Positions 41,885 through 51,840 of a stretch of DNA of 64,000 bases are shown piece by piece. The notes beneath the pieces were generated by a model. It searched no databases, was not told the DNA's origin, and worked only from the letters and a program-made list of their open reading frames with translations. The DNA comes from an uncultured Gemmatimonadales bacterium (lineage in GTDB: Bacteria; Gemmatimonadota; Gemmatimonadetes; Gemmatimonadales; GWC2-71-9): assembly GCA_963821525.1 (NCBI GenBank), contig CAWGED010000005.1, positions 704,001 through 768,000 on the forward strand. The letters are read 5' to 3'. Each line of letters opens with the position of its first letter. Within the stretch, counting starts at the first letter, position 1. The position numbers and the translations under genes are program-made.

Positions 41885-42577
41885 TTACTCCTTCTCCTTC
41901 TTTTCGCCCTTTGCGCCGGCCTCTTCGCCTTCCTCGTCCTCGGCCTTCGGCTTCCGGATCAGCTCGGGCTCGGCTGGGGCGTCGGCGGCGACCTCAGGCG
42001 TGGCCACGATCTCGGCGCGCGGCGCCACGACGGAGCAGATCGGCAGATCGGCCAGGCTCAGGATGTCGGCCTTGGGCACCGTGATATCGCGCACGAAGAT
42101 CGAGTGGCCGATGGCGACGTTGGTCACATCCACTTCGACGTGCTCGGGGATGTCGGCGGGGAAGACCCGGATCTCGATCTTGTGCATCACCTGGTCCATG
42201 ACGCCGCCGTGGTTCCGCACGCCATCGGCGGTGCCGACGAGGTGGATCGGGACTTCGACCGTGATCTTCTCGTCGGCCTTCACCTCGTAGAGGTCGAGGT
42301 GCAGGATGTCGGTGGCCCGGAGCGGATGGCGCTGGATCTCGCGGATCAGCGCCTTGACCGGCGCGCGGCCGTCAATCGTCACATCCAGGATCGTCGTGGC
42401 GACGCTGGTAGTGGACAGGAGGCGGCTCAACGCCGCGCTGTCGATCGTGAGCGTCTCCGCGGCGCGGTCGTGGCCGTAGATGACCGCCGGAACCCGGCCG
42501 CCCTTCCGATGGGTGCGAGCCGCGCCCTTGCCGGCATCCTTCCGCGTGTCCGCCTGTAGTGTCGCCTGCTGTGCCAT
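41885..42577 (-). CDS. rplY: 50S ribosomal protein L25/Ctc
   Basis: GKGAAR...GRVPAVIYG, IQRHP...HLDL, C-terminal domain IPEH.EVDV. Confidence 0.95.
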   Translation of the reverse strand: MAQQATLQADTRKDAGKGAARTHRKGGRVPAVIYGHDRAAETLTIDSAALSRLLSTTSVATTILDVTIDGRAPVKALIREIQRHPLRATDILHLDLYEVKADEKITVEVPIHLVGTADGVRNHGGVMDQVMHKIEIRVFPADIPEHVEVDVTNVAIGHSIFVRDITVPKADILSLADLPICSVVAPRAEIVATPEVAADAPAEPELIRKPKAEDEEGEEAGAKGEKKEKE

Positions 42578-42598
42578 GGTCCGATCCTTCGTTACTGG

Positions 42599-43552
42599 TC
42601 AGTCGAAGAGCGAGCTCACCGACTGGTCGCTGTGAGTGTAGCCGATCGCCTTGGCCAGGAGCGGGGCGATCGAAAGAACCTTGAGCTTCGAAAACCGCCG
42701 CTCCGGCGGCAGGTTGATCGTGTTGGTAACGGCGATTTCCGTCACCGGGCTGTCCTTCAGCCGCTCTACCGCCGGTCCCGACAGCAGCGCGTGTGTCGCA
42801 CAGCAGTAGATGTCCTGAGCGCCCAACCGCTTGAGCGCATGGATCGCCTCGGACATCGTGCCACCGGTATCAATCATGTCGTCGGGGATCAGGCAGTCCT
42901 TCCCCTCGACATCTCCCACCACATTCACGACTTCCGCCACGTTGGCCGACGGGCGCCGCTTGTCGATGATCGCGAGTGACGCGTTGAGCCGCTTGGCGAA
43001 GCCGCGCGCCATCTTGGCTCCCCCCACGTCCGATGCGACCACCGCCAGGTCCCGCAGCGACTTCTGCCGGTAGTGGTTCACAAACACCGGTGCCGCGTAC
43101 AGGTGGTCCACCGGCAGGTCGAAGAACCCCTGCATCTGATGCTGGTGGAAATCCATCGCCAGCACCCGGTCCGCCCCTGCCACCGACACCATGTTCGCCA
43201 TCAGCTTGGCGCTGATCGCGACCCGCGGCTGGTCCTTCCGGTCCTGCCGGGCATACCCGAAGTAGGGTACGACCGCGGTAATCCGGGCGGCGCTGGCCCG
43301 TCGCGCCGCGTCCATGAGGAGCAGCAGCTCGAGCAGGTTCTCAGCCGGCGGGTTGGTCGGCTGAATGATGTAGACGTCTCGACCGCGGACGTTCTCATCG
43401 ATCTTGACGAACAACTCACCGTCAGCGAATCGCTTGATGGTGACCTGGCAGAGCGGCTGTCCCAGCTGTGCCGCAACCTCCTCCGCGAGGGGGCGGTTGG
43501 CCGACCCGCTGAGGAGGAGCATCTGGCTCCGCGACATCGAAAGATCGTTCAT
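42599..43552 (-). CDS. prs: Ribose-phosphate pyrophosphokinase
   Basis: FADGE, ENVRG.DV, PYFGYARQDRK, DVGG, IIDKRR, DDMIDTGGT. Confidence 0.97.
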   Translation of the reverse strand: MNDLSMSRSQMLLLSGSANRPLAEEVAAQLGQPLCQVTIKRFADGELFVKIDENVRGRDVYIIQPTNPPAENLLELLLLMDAARRASAARITAVVPYFGYARQDRKDQPRVAISAKLMANMVSVAGADRVLAMDFHQHQMQGFFDLPVDHLYAAPVFVNHYRQKSLRDLAVVASDVGGAKMARGFAKRLNASLAIIDKRRPSANVAEVVNVVGDVEGKDCLIPDDMIDTGGTMSEAIHALKRLGAQDIYCCATHALLSGPAVERLKDSPVTEIAVTNTINLPPERRFSKLKVLSIAPLLAKAIGYTHSDQSVSSLFD

Positions 43553-43566
43553 GGCGGCAGCCGCGC

Positions 43567-43596
43567 AAAATAGCCGCGGAGTGGGGGTTAGGTCAA
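43567..43596 (-). promoter_or_regulatory. Possible sigma70 promoter of prs
   Basis: TTGACC, 18 nt spacer, TATTTT ending about 14 nt before the ATG. Confidence 0.45.
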
Positions 43597-43597
43597 T

Positions 43598-43700
43598 CCG
43601 GGCGGTAGGGCGGGATGGCGGTATGGGGGAAGGCGGTCGGGGCGAACGAGGCGGACGGGACGAACGGCCAATTTCAAATTTCAAATTCTCAATTTGCAAT
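43598..43700. repeat. 8/9-mer GC array followed by a 7-mer AT array
   Basis: GGCGGTAGGGCGGGATGGCGGTATGG...GGCGGACGGGACGAACGG then ATTTCAAATTTCAAATTCTCAATTTGCAAT. Confidence 0.7.
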
Positions 43701-43814
43701 TATTTGACAGACTCCACTTTAGGTGGTAAAAGGGCTCACCGGACGTGATGGACCCCTTCACCCTGGCCGGCCGGGAGCCCTTGCCTGGCGGCCTCACCCG
43801 GAAGGAGCATCGCC

Positions 43815-44324
43815 ATGTCACAGCTGGTTGCGTTGTCCTTGAGTATCGCCCTGCTGGGCGGAGTTGCCACGTTCCTGCTGCGGGCCATTGGGCTTGCGGT
43901 ATGGGCGGCGTTCATCGCCTGGGCGTGCTTCTTCCACTCAGGTGGTGACGGGAAGGCGCTCAAGACAACGATCATCGGCAACGCGTTCGGCTGCCTCATG
44001 GCCTATGTTGCCCTATGGCTTGTGGTCGCGTCTCCTCTGGGCGGGAGCGAGGCGGGGATCGCCGTGATTGTGGCCATCACCGTGTTCGTGCTGTGCCTGG
44101 CGGCTCACATCCCGGCGCTGTCCTCGATTCCGGCGAGCGTGTACGGCTATGCCTCGACCGTCGCCTTCTTCCTGCTCACGGCGCAGGCCAAGGCGATCGC
44201 CATGCTGACCGACATCGACTATCACACCAACCCGCTGCTGCTGATCGTGCTTTCGATGGTGGCAGGGGCGCTGTTCGGATTTGCCTCGGCTAAGCTCGCC
44301 GGGGCTCTCGCCAAGAAGGCCTGA
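43815..44324 (+). CDS. DUF1097 family membrane protein
   Basis: VWAAFIAWACFFHSGG, IPASVYGYAS, GALFGFAS; AAGGAG RBS. Confidence 0.82.
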   Translation: MSQLVALSLSIALLGGVATFLLRAIGLAVWAAFIAWACFFHSGGDGKALKTTIIGNAFGCLMAYVALWLVVASPLGGSEAGIAVIVAITVFVLCLAAHIPALSSIPASVYGYASTVAFFLLTAQAKAIAMLTDIDYHTNPLLLIVLSMVAGALFGFASAKLAGALAKKA

Positions 44325-44332
44325 CCACAAAC

Positions 44333-44368
44333 TGAGAGCGGGATGCCGATGTCGACATCCCGCTCTCA
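44333..44368. terminator. Hairpin between convergent DUF1097 and ppk2 (possible bidirectional terminator)
   Basis: TGAGAGCGGGATG...CATCCCGCTCTCA 13-bp stem; no strong U-tract. Confidence 0.55.
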
Positions 44369-44381
44369 TGATTTCCGTAAG

Positions 44382-44485
44382 GCCGCGGATAAACGCAGAT
44401 GAACGCAGAAGTTGGCCTGTCAGTTCTTGAACTTCCTGGGTGAACACCTCCACAATTTCTGCGTTTATCTGCGTTCTTCTGCGGC
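44382..44485. repeat. MITE-like element with inverted 10-mer arrays
   Basis: GCCGCGGATAAACGCAGATGAACGCAGAA ... TTCTGCGTTTATCTGCGTTCTTCTGCGGC. Confidence 0.75.
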
Positions 44486-44514
44486 TAACTCCGTCTCAGT
44501 CCGCCGAAGCCGCC

Positions 44515-45435
44515 TCAGGCCTTTCCCACCAGTTCCGCCCTCGTGGCGGCAAGCTCCTTGAGCTGCGCGGCATCGAGCTTGGGGTACTCCAGATCGAGCG
44601 TGGACAGCCCGTCAATCACGGCGGCGGCTACCATGACTCTAGTGAACCACTTGTTGTCCGCCGGAATGACGTACCAGGGCGATTCCTTCGTCGAGGTCTC
44701 CCGGATCAGGTCCTCGTAGGCCTTCATGTAATCGTTCCAGTAGCCCCGCTCCTTCACATCGCTGGGAGAGACTTTCCAGTTCTTCTCCGGGATGTCGAAG
44801 CGCTCGAGAAAACGTCGCTTCTGTTCCTTTTTCGACAGGTTGAGATAGAACTTCCGGACCAGGACCCCATTCCGGCTCAGGTAGCGCTCAATGCCCCGGA
44901 TGTCCTGAAAGCGTTCCTTCCAGATGTCCTTGGTGACCAGTTCGGGCGGGACCTTCGATTTCTTCAGCAGCTCGGAATGGACCCGCACCACCAGAGTCTC
45001 CTCGTAATAGCTCCGGTTGAAGATGCCGATCCGGCCCCGCTCGGGCAGGCACTTGAGGCAGCGCCACATGAAGTCGTGGTCCATGTCTTCGCTGGTCGGC
45101 GCCTTGAAGGAGAAGACCTGGCAACCCTGGGGGTTGATCCCGGACATCACGTGCTTGATGGCGCCGTCCTTCCCCGCCGCGTCCATGGCCTGAAAGATCA
45201 GCAGGACGGACCACCGGTCCTGGGCGTAGAGCATTCCTTGCAGTTCGGCGAGGGCAGCGACCCCAGCGGCCAAGGCTTCCTTGGCTCGCGGCCTGTCTTC
45301 CGAGCCCAGCCCGAGAGTTTCGCCCGGATCAAAGTCGTCGAGGCGGAATTTCTTCCCATCGGAGACACGGAATTTCCTGGCGAACTTCTGCGCCTCCCGA
45401 ATCACGTCCTTCATCTTCTCTGGTATCTTCGCCAC
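44515..45435 (-). CDS. ppk2: Polyphosphate kinase 2 family (class III-like)
   Basis: FQAMDAAGKDG, FKAP, HDFMWR, FNRSYYE, WYVIPADNKW. Confidence 0.93.
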   Translation of the reverse strand: MAKIPEKMKDVIREAQKFARKFRVSDGKKFRLDDFDPGETLGLGSEDRPRAKEALAAGVAALAELQGMLYAQDRWSVLLIFQAMDAAGKDGAIKHVMSGINPQGCQVFSFKAPTSEDMDHDFMWRCLKCLPERGRIGIFNRSYYEETLVVRVHSELLKKSKVPPELVTKDIWKERFQDIRGIERYLSRNGVLVRKFYLNLSKKEQKRRFLERFDIPEKNWKVSPSDVKERGYWNDYMKAYEDLIRETSTKESPWYVIPADNKWFTRVMVAAAVIDGLSTLDLEYPKLDAAQLKELAATRAELVGKA

Positions 45436-45482
45436 TGGATGCCTTTCCTTCGAGTCTCGCGGTAGCTCCGGGTCCGAAAGTC

Positions 45483-46949
45483 TTACTTCGACGAGGTCGA
45501 ATCGGTTGCTGCAGTTGAATCCGGGACCTGCCAGCCCCCGCCCAATGAGCGATAGAGGGAGATGTAGGTCCGGGCGTGATCGAGCCGGGCCCCCACAGCC
45601 TGGGTTTCGGCCGTGAACAGCCGGCGATCGACATCCAGCACTTCCAGATAGTTCGATCGCCCGGCGACATAGCGCGCCCGGGTAAGCTCCGAACCTTCGG
45701 TGAGCGCCTTCACCTGAAGGTCCCGCTGCTCGCTGATCTGCTCGAAGAAGCGGATCCCGGCCAGGGCATCGGAAACCTCGCCGAAGGCGGTCTGTACGGT
45801 GCCCAGGTAGAAGTTCGCCGACTGCACCCAGCGGGCCTTCGCTGCCTGCACGTTGCCCTTGATGCGTCCCCCGGTGAAAATCGGCTGCACGATACTTCCT
45901 CCCACCGACCAGACGGTCTGCGGTTCGGAGAGCAATTTGTCCAGTTGGGGGCTCACCCAGCCGAACAATCCAGTAAGGGAGATGCGGGGGAAGTAGTCCG
46001 CCTTCGCGACGCCAATCTCGGCGTTTGCCGATCGCAGCAACTCTTCCGCTTCCCGCACGTCCGGGCGCCGCTCCAGCAAGCTTGAGGGGATACCGGGCGG
46101 CACTTCAGGGGGCAGCGACTGTTCGGAAAGCGTGGTCCCCCGTGGAATCGGACTGGGACCACGCCCGAGGAGCAGGCTTACCACGGTTTCCTGGTTTGCA
46201 ATCAACCGCTCAGTATCCAGCTGGACCGCGACCGCATCGGCCAACTCGGCCTCGGCCTGCGACACCTCGACCCGGTTGGAAACCCCGCCGAGCTCGCGGC
46301 GCTTGAACAGATCGACCGTTTCTTGCCGGGAGGCGACGGTCTTGCGAGCGATTTCCAGCTGCTCATCCAGGCCTCGCAACGTGAAGTAGGCGTCGGCGAT
46401 GCCGGTGACCACGCTGATGATGGTTCCGCGCTGGGCGAACTCGGTGGCGAAGAACTGGGCCTCGGCGGATTCCTTCTGGCGCCGCACCCGGCCGAAGAGA
46501 TCGAGCTCCCAGGAAAGAATGCCATCGAGGAAGAACCGATTGCTTATCCGGGACTGATTGAGGGCATTGGCGTCGGGGCGAGTGATCTGAGATCGATCGG
46601 CGCCGCCCTCGGCGGCGACCTGGGGCCAGAGCGCCGACCCCGCCACCTTGGTGATCGCGCGCGCTTCCTCTACCCGGGCGATGGCGATGCCGAGGTTGTA
46701 GTTGTGCTGGATTCCTTCATGGATCAGGGCCTGCAGCGTGTCGTCTCCGAAGACATCCCACCAGGGCACGTCGGCGATGATGGCCGCGGCCGAGTCGAGC
46801 TTGGCGAGGGAGTCGGGCGAGTAGACCGTCGTGTCGGTGAACCGGTAGGTCTCCGGCACTGCGACTTCGGGGCGCTCGTAGCCAGGCCCCACTTTGCAGG
46901 AGAGCGCGGCCACAACCGCCAGGACGATTGCTACAGAGCGCCTGGTCAC
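45483..46949 (-). CDS. RND efflux outer-membrane lipoprotein (NodT/OprM family)
   Basis: LSCKVGPGYERP lipobox, WELDLFGR, PSSLLERRPDV, LYRSLGGGW. Confidence 0.93.
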   Translation of the reverse strand: MTRRSVAIVLAVVAALSCKVGPGYERPEVAVPETYRFTDTTVYSPDSLAKLDSAAAIIADVPWWDVFGDDTLQALIHEGIQHNYNLGIAIARVEEARAITKVAGSALWPQVAAEGGADRSQITRPDANALNQSRISNRFFLDGILSWELDLFGRVRRQKESAEAQFFATEFAQRGTIISVVTGIADAYFTLRGLDEQLEIARKTVASRQETVDLFKRRELGGVSNRVEVSQAEAELADAVAVQLDTERLIANQETVVSLLLGRGPSPIPRGTTLSEQSLPPEVPPGIPSSLLERRPDVREAEELLRSANAEIGVAKADYFPRISLTGLFGWVSPQLDKLLSEPQTVWSVGGSIVQPIFTGGRIKGNVQAAKARWVQSANFYLGTVQTAFGEVSDALAGIRFFEQISEQRDLQVKALTEGSELTRARYVAGRSNYLEVLDVDRRLFTAETQAVGARLDHARTYISLYRSLGGGWQVPDSTAATDSTSSK

Positions 46950-49900
46950 TAGTGCCCGCCGCCGTGTCCGCCGTGTTCGCCAGCCGCACCGGACCCGGCC
47001 TCCGCTGCTGCTGCCGCGGCTCGAGCCTCGGCTTTCTTCTCTCCGCCGGTCAACCGCTCCACCATCACGAAGAGGGCGGGCACCAGCAGGACGCCGAGGA
47101 TCGTGGCGACGAGCATGCCGCTGAAGACGGTCGTCCCCATCACCTTGCGCGAGGCCGCACCGGCGCCCGCCGCCCGCATGAGCGGCACCACGCCCAGAAT
47201 GAACGCAAAGGCGGTCATCAGGATCGGGCGGAACCGGAGCTTGGCGGCATCGAGCGCCGAGTCAAATAGCGGCCGGCCTTTGTGCAGCTCGGCTCGGGCG
47301 AATTCCACGATGAGGATCGCATTCTTGGCCGCCAGACCGATGAGGGTGACCAGTCCGATCTGGGCGAAGACATTGTTTTCAAAGACCGGGCTGATCTGCC
47401 GCGCGATGAACAGAGCCGAGAAACGCGCCGAACGCGGCGAATGGTGTACCCAGCAGCACGCTGAACGGCAGGGACCAGCTCTCGTATTGCGCCGCGAGGA
47501 TGAGGAACACCAGCACGATGGCCAGGAGGAAAATGACGCCGGCCTTGCCCTCGGCCGCCTTCTCCTGATAGCTGAGCGCATTCCACGAGTACCCCATGTC
47601 GGCCGGCAGCACCTGCTTCGCGACTTCCTCGAGCGCCTTCAACGCCTGGCCCGAGCTGTATCCAGGGGCCGGGGTACCGGTCACCTCGGCAGCCCGGAAA
47701 AGATTGAACCGGTTGGTGAACTCGGGCCCGCTGGTCTGCCGCATGTCCACCAGGGTCGACAACGGCACCATGTCACCTGAGGGCGTCCGGACATAAAAGA
47801 ACCGGATGTCGTCCGGCTTGGTGCGGTAGGCTCCTTCGGCTTGCACGTACACCTTGTAGACCCGGCCGAAACGGTTGAAGTCGTTCACGTAGGTCCCGCC
47901 CAGAAAGCTGCCCAGAGTGTTGTTCACATCCTGGAGCTGGAGTCCCAGCTTGAGCACCCGGTCGCGATCCAGATCGGCGAAGAGCTGGGGCACGTTGGCC
48001 CCATATGGCGAGAAGGCGCGGGCGATCTCGGGTCGCTGGTTGGCGGCCTGAATGAACCGCTGGGTTTGCAGGGCGAGGTACTCGGGGGTATTGCCGCCCA
48101 GGTCCTGCAGCATCATCGAGAAGCCGGAGCCGTTACCGAGTCCCGGAATGGCGGGCGGGCCGAAGGCGATGGTGATCCCCTCTGGAATCTCGGTAGCGAA
48201 GGCCTGGTTGAGCCGTGCGATGATGCCGCTCGCCGTTTCTGCCTTGCCGTGCCGCTCGTGCCACGGTTTGAGCTGGACGAACACGAACGCCATGTTGCTG
48301 GAGTTGGCGTTGGTGAGGAGTGAAAAGCCGGAGATGGCCGAGTAGCTCTCGACTCCCGGCGTCTGGCCGAGAATCCCTTCGATCTTCTTGGCAACGTTGT
48401 CGGACCGCTCCAGCGAGGCCGCGTCGGGCAACTGGGCGTTGACCATCAGATAACCCTGGTCCTCCTCGGGAACGAAAGACGAAGGCACGCGAGAGGCGAT
48501 AAGTGCTGCAAGCGCGCTGACCACACCTACCAGGATGGCGCTCCGAACCACTTTACGGGCCAGGTACCCGGCCATCCCGACGTATCCCCCGGTGATGCGG
48601 TCGAAGACCCGGTTGAACGCCGCGAAGAACTTCCCCAGCGGTCCACCGACCTGTTGCTTCGGCTTCAGCAGCATGGCCGACAGCGCCGGGCTCAAGGTGA
48701 GCGCGTTGAAGGCCGAGAACAGCACCGAGATCGCGATGGTGATGGCGAACTGCTGGTAGAGCAAGCCGGTGATGCCCGGCACGAAGGCGACCGGCACGAA
48801 CACCGCGGTCAGGATCAGGGCGATGGCAATCACGGGCCCTGAGACCTCCTGCATGGCCTTGAGGGTCGCCTCCTTTGGCGCGAGCCCGTGCTCGATGTTG
48901 TGGATCACCGCTTCGACCACCACGATCGCGTCGTCCACCACGATACCGATGGCCAGCACCAGGCCGAGCATCGACAGGGTGTTGACCGAGAAGCCGAGCA
49001 GGGGGAAGACGGCGAACGTCGCGATCAGCGAAACCGGCACCGTAAGCAGCGGAATCAGCGTGGCCCGCCAGTTCTGCAGGAACAGGAACACCACCAGGAT
49101 GACCAGCACCACAGCCTCGAGCAGCGTGTGGGTGATCTCGGTAATGCCTTCGGTGATCGGCAGAGTGGTGTCGAGCGAGATGCGGTAGTCCACATCCTCG
49201 GGAAAACGTGCCTTGAGCGTCTCGAGGGTGGCGCTCACCTGTTCGGAGACGCTGAGTGCGTTGGAGCCGGGAATCTGGTAGAGCCCGATCAGCGCGGCCG
49301 GCTTGCCGTTGAGCCGTCCCAGGCTGCTGTAGATCTGGGCGCCGAGTTCCAGCCGGGCCACGTCACTCAGGCGTACCTGCGAGCCATCGGGGTTGGTACG
49401 GACGACGATCTCGCCGAACTGCTCGGGCGTGGCCAGTCGGTCGGCGGCGCGCACGGTGTAGGTGAATTGCTGGCCCGAAGGGGCCGGCGGGCCTCCTACC
49501 TGACCCGCGGGGGTCAGCACGTTCTGCTGCTTCACCGCGTTGACGATATCGCTGACCGTGATGCCGAGTGTCGCCAGGCGATCGGGACGGACCCAGATCC
49601 GCATGGCGTACTCGCCGCCCGACATGAGCCGCACCTGGCCGACGCCCGGGACCCGGGCCAGGGCGTCGATCACGTTGATGGCGGCGTAGTTGTTCAGGAA
49701 ATCGCCGTTATAGCCACCGTTGGGCGAAGTGAGCGAGATGAGCAGCAGGGGGAAGGTGAGCGACTTCCGGACCGTGACGCCGAACCGTTTCACATCCTCG
49801 GGCAGGAGCGGCTCGGCCTGGGAGAACCGGTTCTGTACCAGGACGTTGGCGATGTCGAGATCGGTGCCGACCTCGAAGGTCGCCCGGAGCTGCATGGTGC

Positions 49901-50156
49901 CGTCGTTGGCGTTGATGCTCCGGAGGTAGATCGACCGCTCCACCCCGTTGAGCTGCTGCTCGATCGGGGTGGCAGTCGTCTGCTCGACGTTGACCGCGCT
50001 GGCGCCGGTGTAGGTCGCCAGCAGCATGATTTCGGGTGGGGTGATTTCGGGATACTGGGCGATCGGCAGCTTCCTGAGCGCCACCACACCCACCAGGATC
50101 ATGATGATGGAAATCACCATCGCCACGATCGGGCGATTGACGAAGAACTTCGCCAC
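46949..50156 (-). CDS. HAE1 RND efflux permease (frameshift near 47430)
   Basis: MAKFFVNRPI, AQYPEI.PP, GIVVDDAIVVVE, PEEDQG, GLAAKNAILIVEF, RFRPILMT. Confidence 0.93.
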
Positions 50157-50159
50157 GGC

Positions 50160-51338
50160 TTACTGCTTCTCCGCCGGCTTGGGGGTGAGGCCTTCCGCCG
50201 CTTTCTCCTGGGCGCCGGAATCAGGGACAGCCTCTTTGATCTTCACGGTCATGCTGTCCCGGAGCCGCTGCAGTCCCTCCACCACGACCTTTTCACCAGG
50301 CTTCAGGCCCTGGTCGATCACCCACAGCGAGCCCACGCGCTCGGATGGCGTCACGGCCCTCATGTTTACCTTGGCGTCCGCGCCCACTACGGCCACCGAA
50401 TAGTTGCCCTGGAGTTCTCGCACGGCACGCTGGGGCACCAGCAGCGCGCCTTTCTTCACGTCGGTCCGGAGCTTGATCCGGGCAAACTGCCCGGGCCGGA
50501 TGATGCCGTTGCGGTTGGGGAAGCTGACTTCGATCTGGAGGGTGCCGGTCGCAGGATCCACCGCACGGTTGGCCACGCGAGGCTTTCCCTTCTCGGGATA
50601 CTCTGACCCATCGGCCAAGTACATCCGGATGTCCTGTTCCTGATTCTTGAGCCCCTTGCCGGTGGTCAGAGTTTGCCGGTACAGCCTCAAGTACTCCCGT
50701 TCTGGAATCGCGAAGCGAACCCAGATCGGGTCGGCCTCGGAAACCGTGGTGAGCAGGCTCCGCTGTCCGGGGCCGACCAGGTCTCCGATCTGGGCCTCGG
50801 TGAATCCCACGATGCCGTTAAGCGGCGAGGTGATGTGGGCGTACCCGAGGTCGAGAGAGGCGGTTTGTTCCGCGGCGCGGGCTGCCTCCAGGCTGGCTTC
50901 GGCGGTCTGTTTGTTGGCGAAGGCGTCGTCGTATTCCTGCCGGCTCACCGCGTCGGATTCCGCCAGTGGACGGAGGCGGGCTTCCTCCAGCTCGGCATTG
51001 TCGAACTGGGCCTTGGCGGCCGCGACCTGGGCCTTGGCCCGCGCCACCGTCGCCTCGAAAGGCTTGGGATCGATCTGATACAGCAGCTGGCCCCGCCGGA
51101 CTGTTCCGCCTTCCGTGAAGTTCATGGATTCGAGGAATCCGTTGACCCGCGCCCGGATCTCCACAGTCTGCGAGCCGCGCGTTTCTCCTACGGCCTCGAT
51201 ATAGATGGGCACATCCTGCTGGAGGACGTCGGCAAGCGTCACCTCGGGCAGTGGACCCGCGGTAGGCGCTTCTTTCTTGCAGGCCGAGAGGACGAGCGCC
51301 AAAAGAAGGATCGTCATCCTGGGCAGCGAGTGCTTCAC
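50160..51338 (-). CDS. RND efflux periplasmic adaptor (MFP) lipoprotein
   Basis: LSAC lipobox, VEIRARVNG, LYQIDP, ITSPLNG, VDPATGT, VPQRAV. GTG start with GAGG RBS. Confidence 0.92.
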   Translation of the reverse strand: MKHSLPRMTILLLALVLSACKKEAPTAGPLPEVTLADVLQQDVPIYIEAVGETRGSQTVEIRARVNGFLESMNFTEGGTVRRGQLLYQIDPKPFEATVARAKAQVAAAKAQFDNAELEEARLRPLAESDAVSRQEYDDAFANKQTAEASLEAARAAEQTASLDLGYAHITSPLNGIVGFTEAQIGDLVGPGQRSLLTTVSEADPIWVRFAIPEREYLRLYRQTLTTGKGLKNQEQDIRMYLADGSEYPEKGKPRVANRAVDPATGTLQIEVSFPNRNGIIRPGQFARIKLRTDVKKGALLVPQRAVRELQGNYSVAVVGADAKVNMRAVTPSERVGSLWVIDQGLKPGEKVVVEGLQRLRDSMTVKIKEAVPDSGAQEKAAEGLTPKPAEKQ

Positions 51339-51472
51339 GGACGCCTCAACAGGTGGCGGTGCGGCTTCGGAAATACCGGAAAAGGAGAACATACCGTTCG
51401 CTGGACTTAGGGCCAGAGGGCCGGCGCCTGGTGCCGGATACCGCGACAGGCCCCGTTCCTTGTGTCGCAGCC

Positions 51473-51830
51473 TCATTGCGAGGTCTTCCGCTTCGGCTTG
51501 CACACTCCAGCCTTCAGTGAATCGGAGGCGGTATCCGGAATCGGAATGAATCCATTTCCGGTTCCTTCAAGCGGGATGTTGTCCAGCCGGGGAGCGGCAA
51601 CCTCGTTGTGATCCATGCTGTTCCTCCGGCGGACCGGCTGCCGCTCGGGCCCTCGCGTAGTGTCCGTGGCGCCTGTCGTGTCGCGTGGTGTCCGCGCACG
51701 TCGAGTCTCGGACCGATGGAGCGATCACGCTGTCCTGCTGCTGGCCCCGGACGCCGGCCGGTATTGCTCCGAGCACGACGCAGAGAAGCATTGCCGCGAG
51801 CGCACGGCGCAATCTGATTCCGTCAACCAT
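51473..51830 (-). pseudogene. Truncated paralog of the N-terminus of the upstream porin (frameshift near 51683)
   Basis: Signal peptide. Shifted frame gives RNSMDHNEVAAPRLDNIPLEGTGNGFIPIPDT versus the porin's RESMDKKEVAAPRVDNIPLNPDAKGFVTLPGT. Confidence 0.7.
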
Positions 51831-51840
51831 TCAGTCCTTC

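Noticed and set aside
43553..43699. N-terminal extensions in the ORF track (prs from 43699, yajQ from 930, MFP from 51503, moxR from 37510)
   Set aside because: They translate repeats or intergenic DNA; family homology begins at the downstream starts.
43704..43732. TTGACA-17-TAAAAG promoter for DUF1097
   Set aside because: The -10 element lacks the conserved final T; plausible but too weak to list as a feature.
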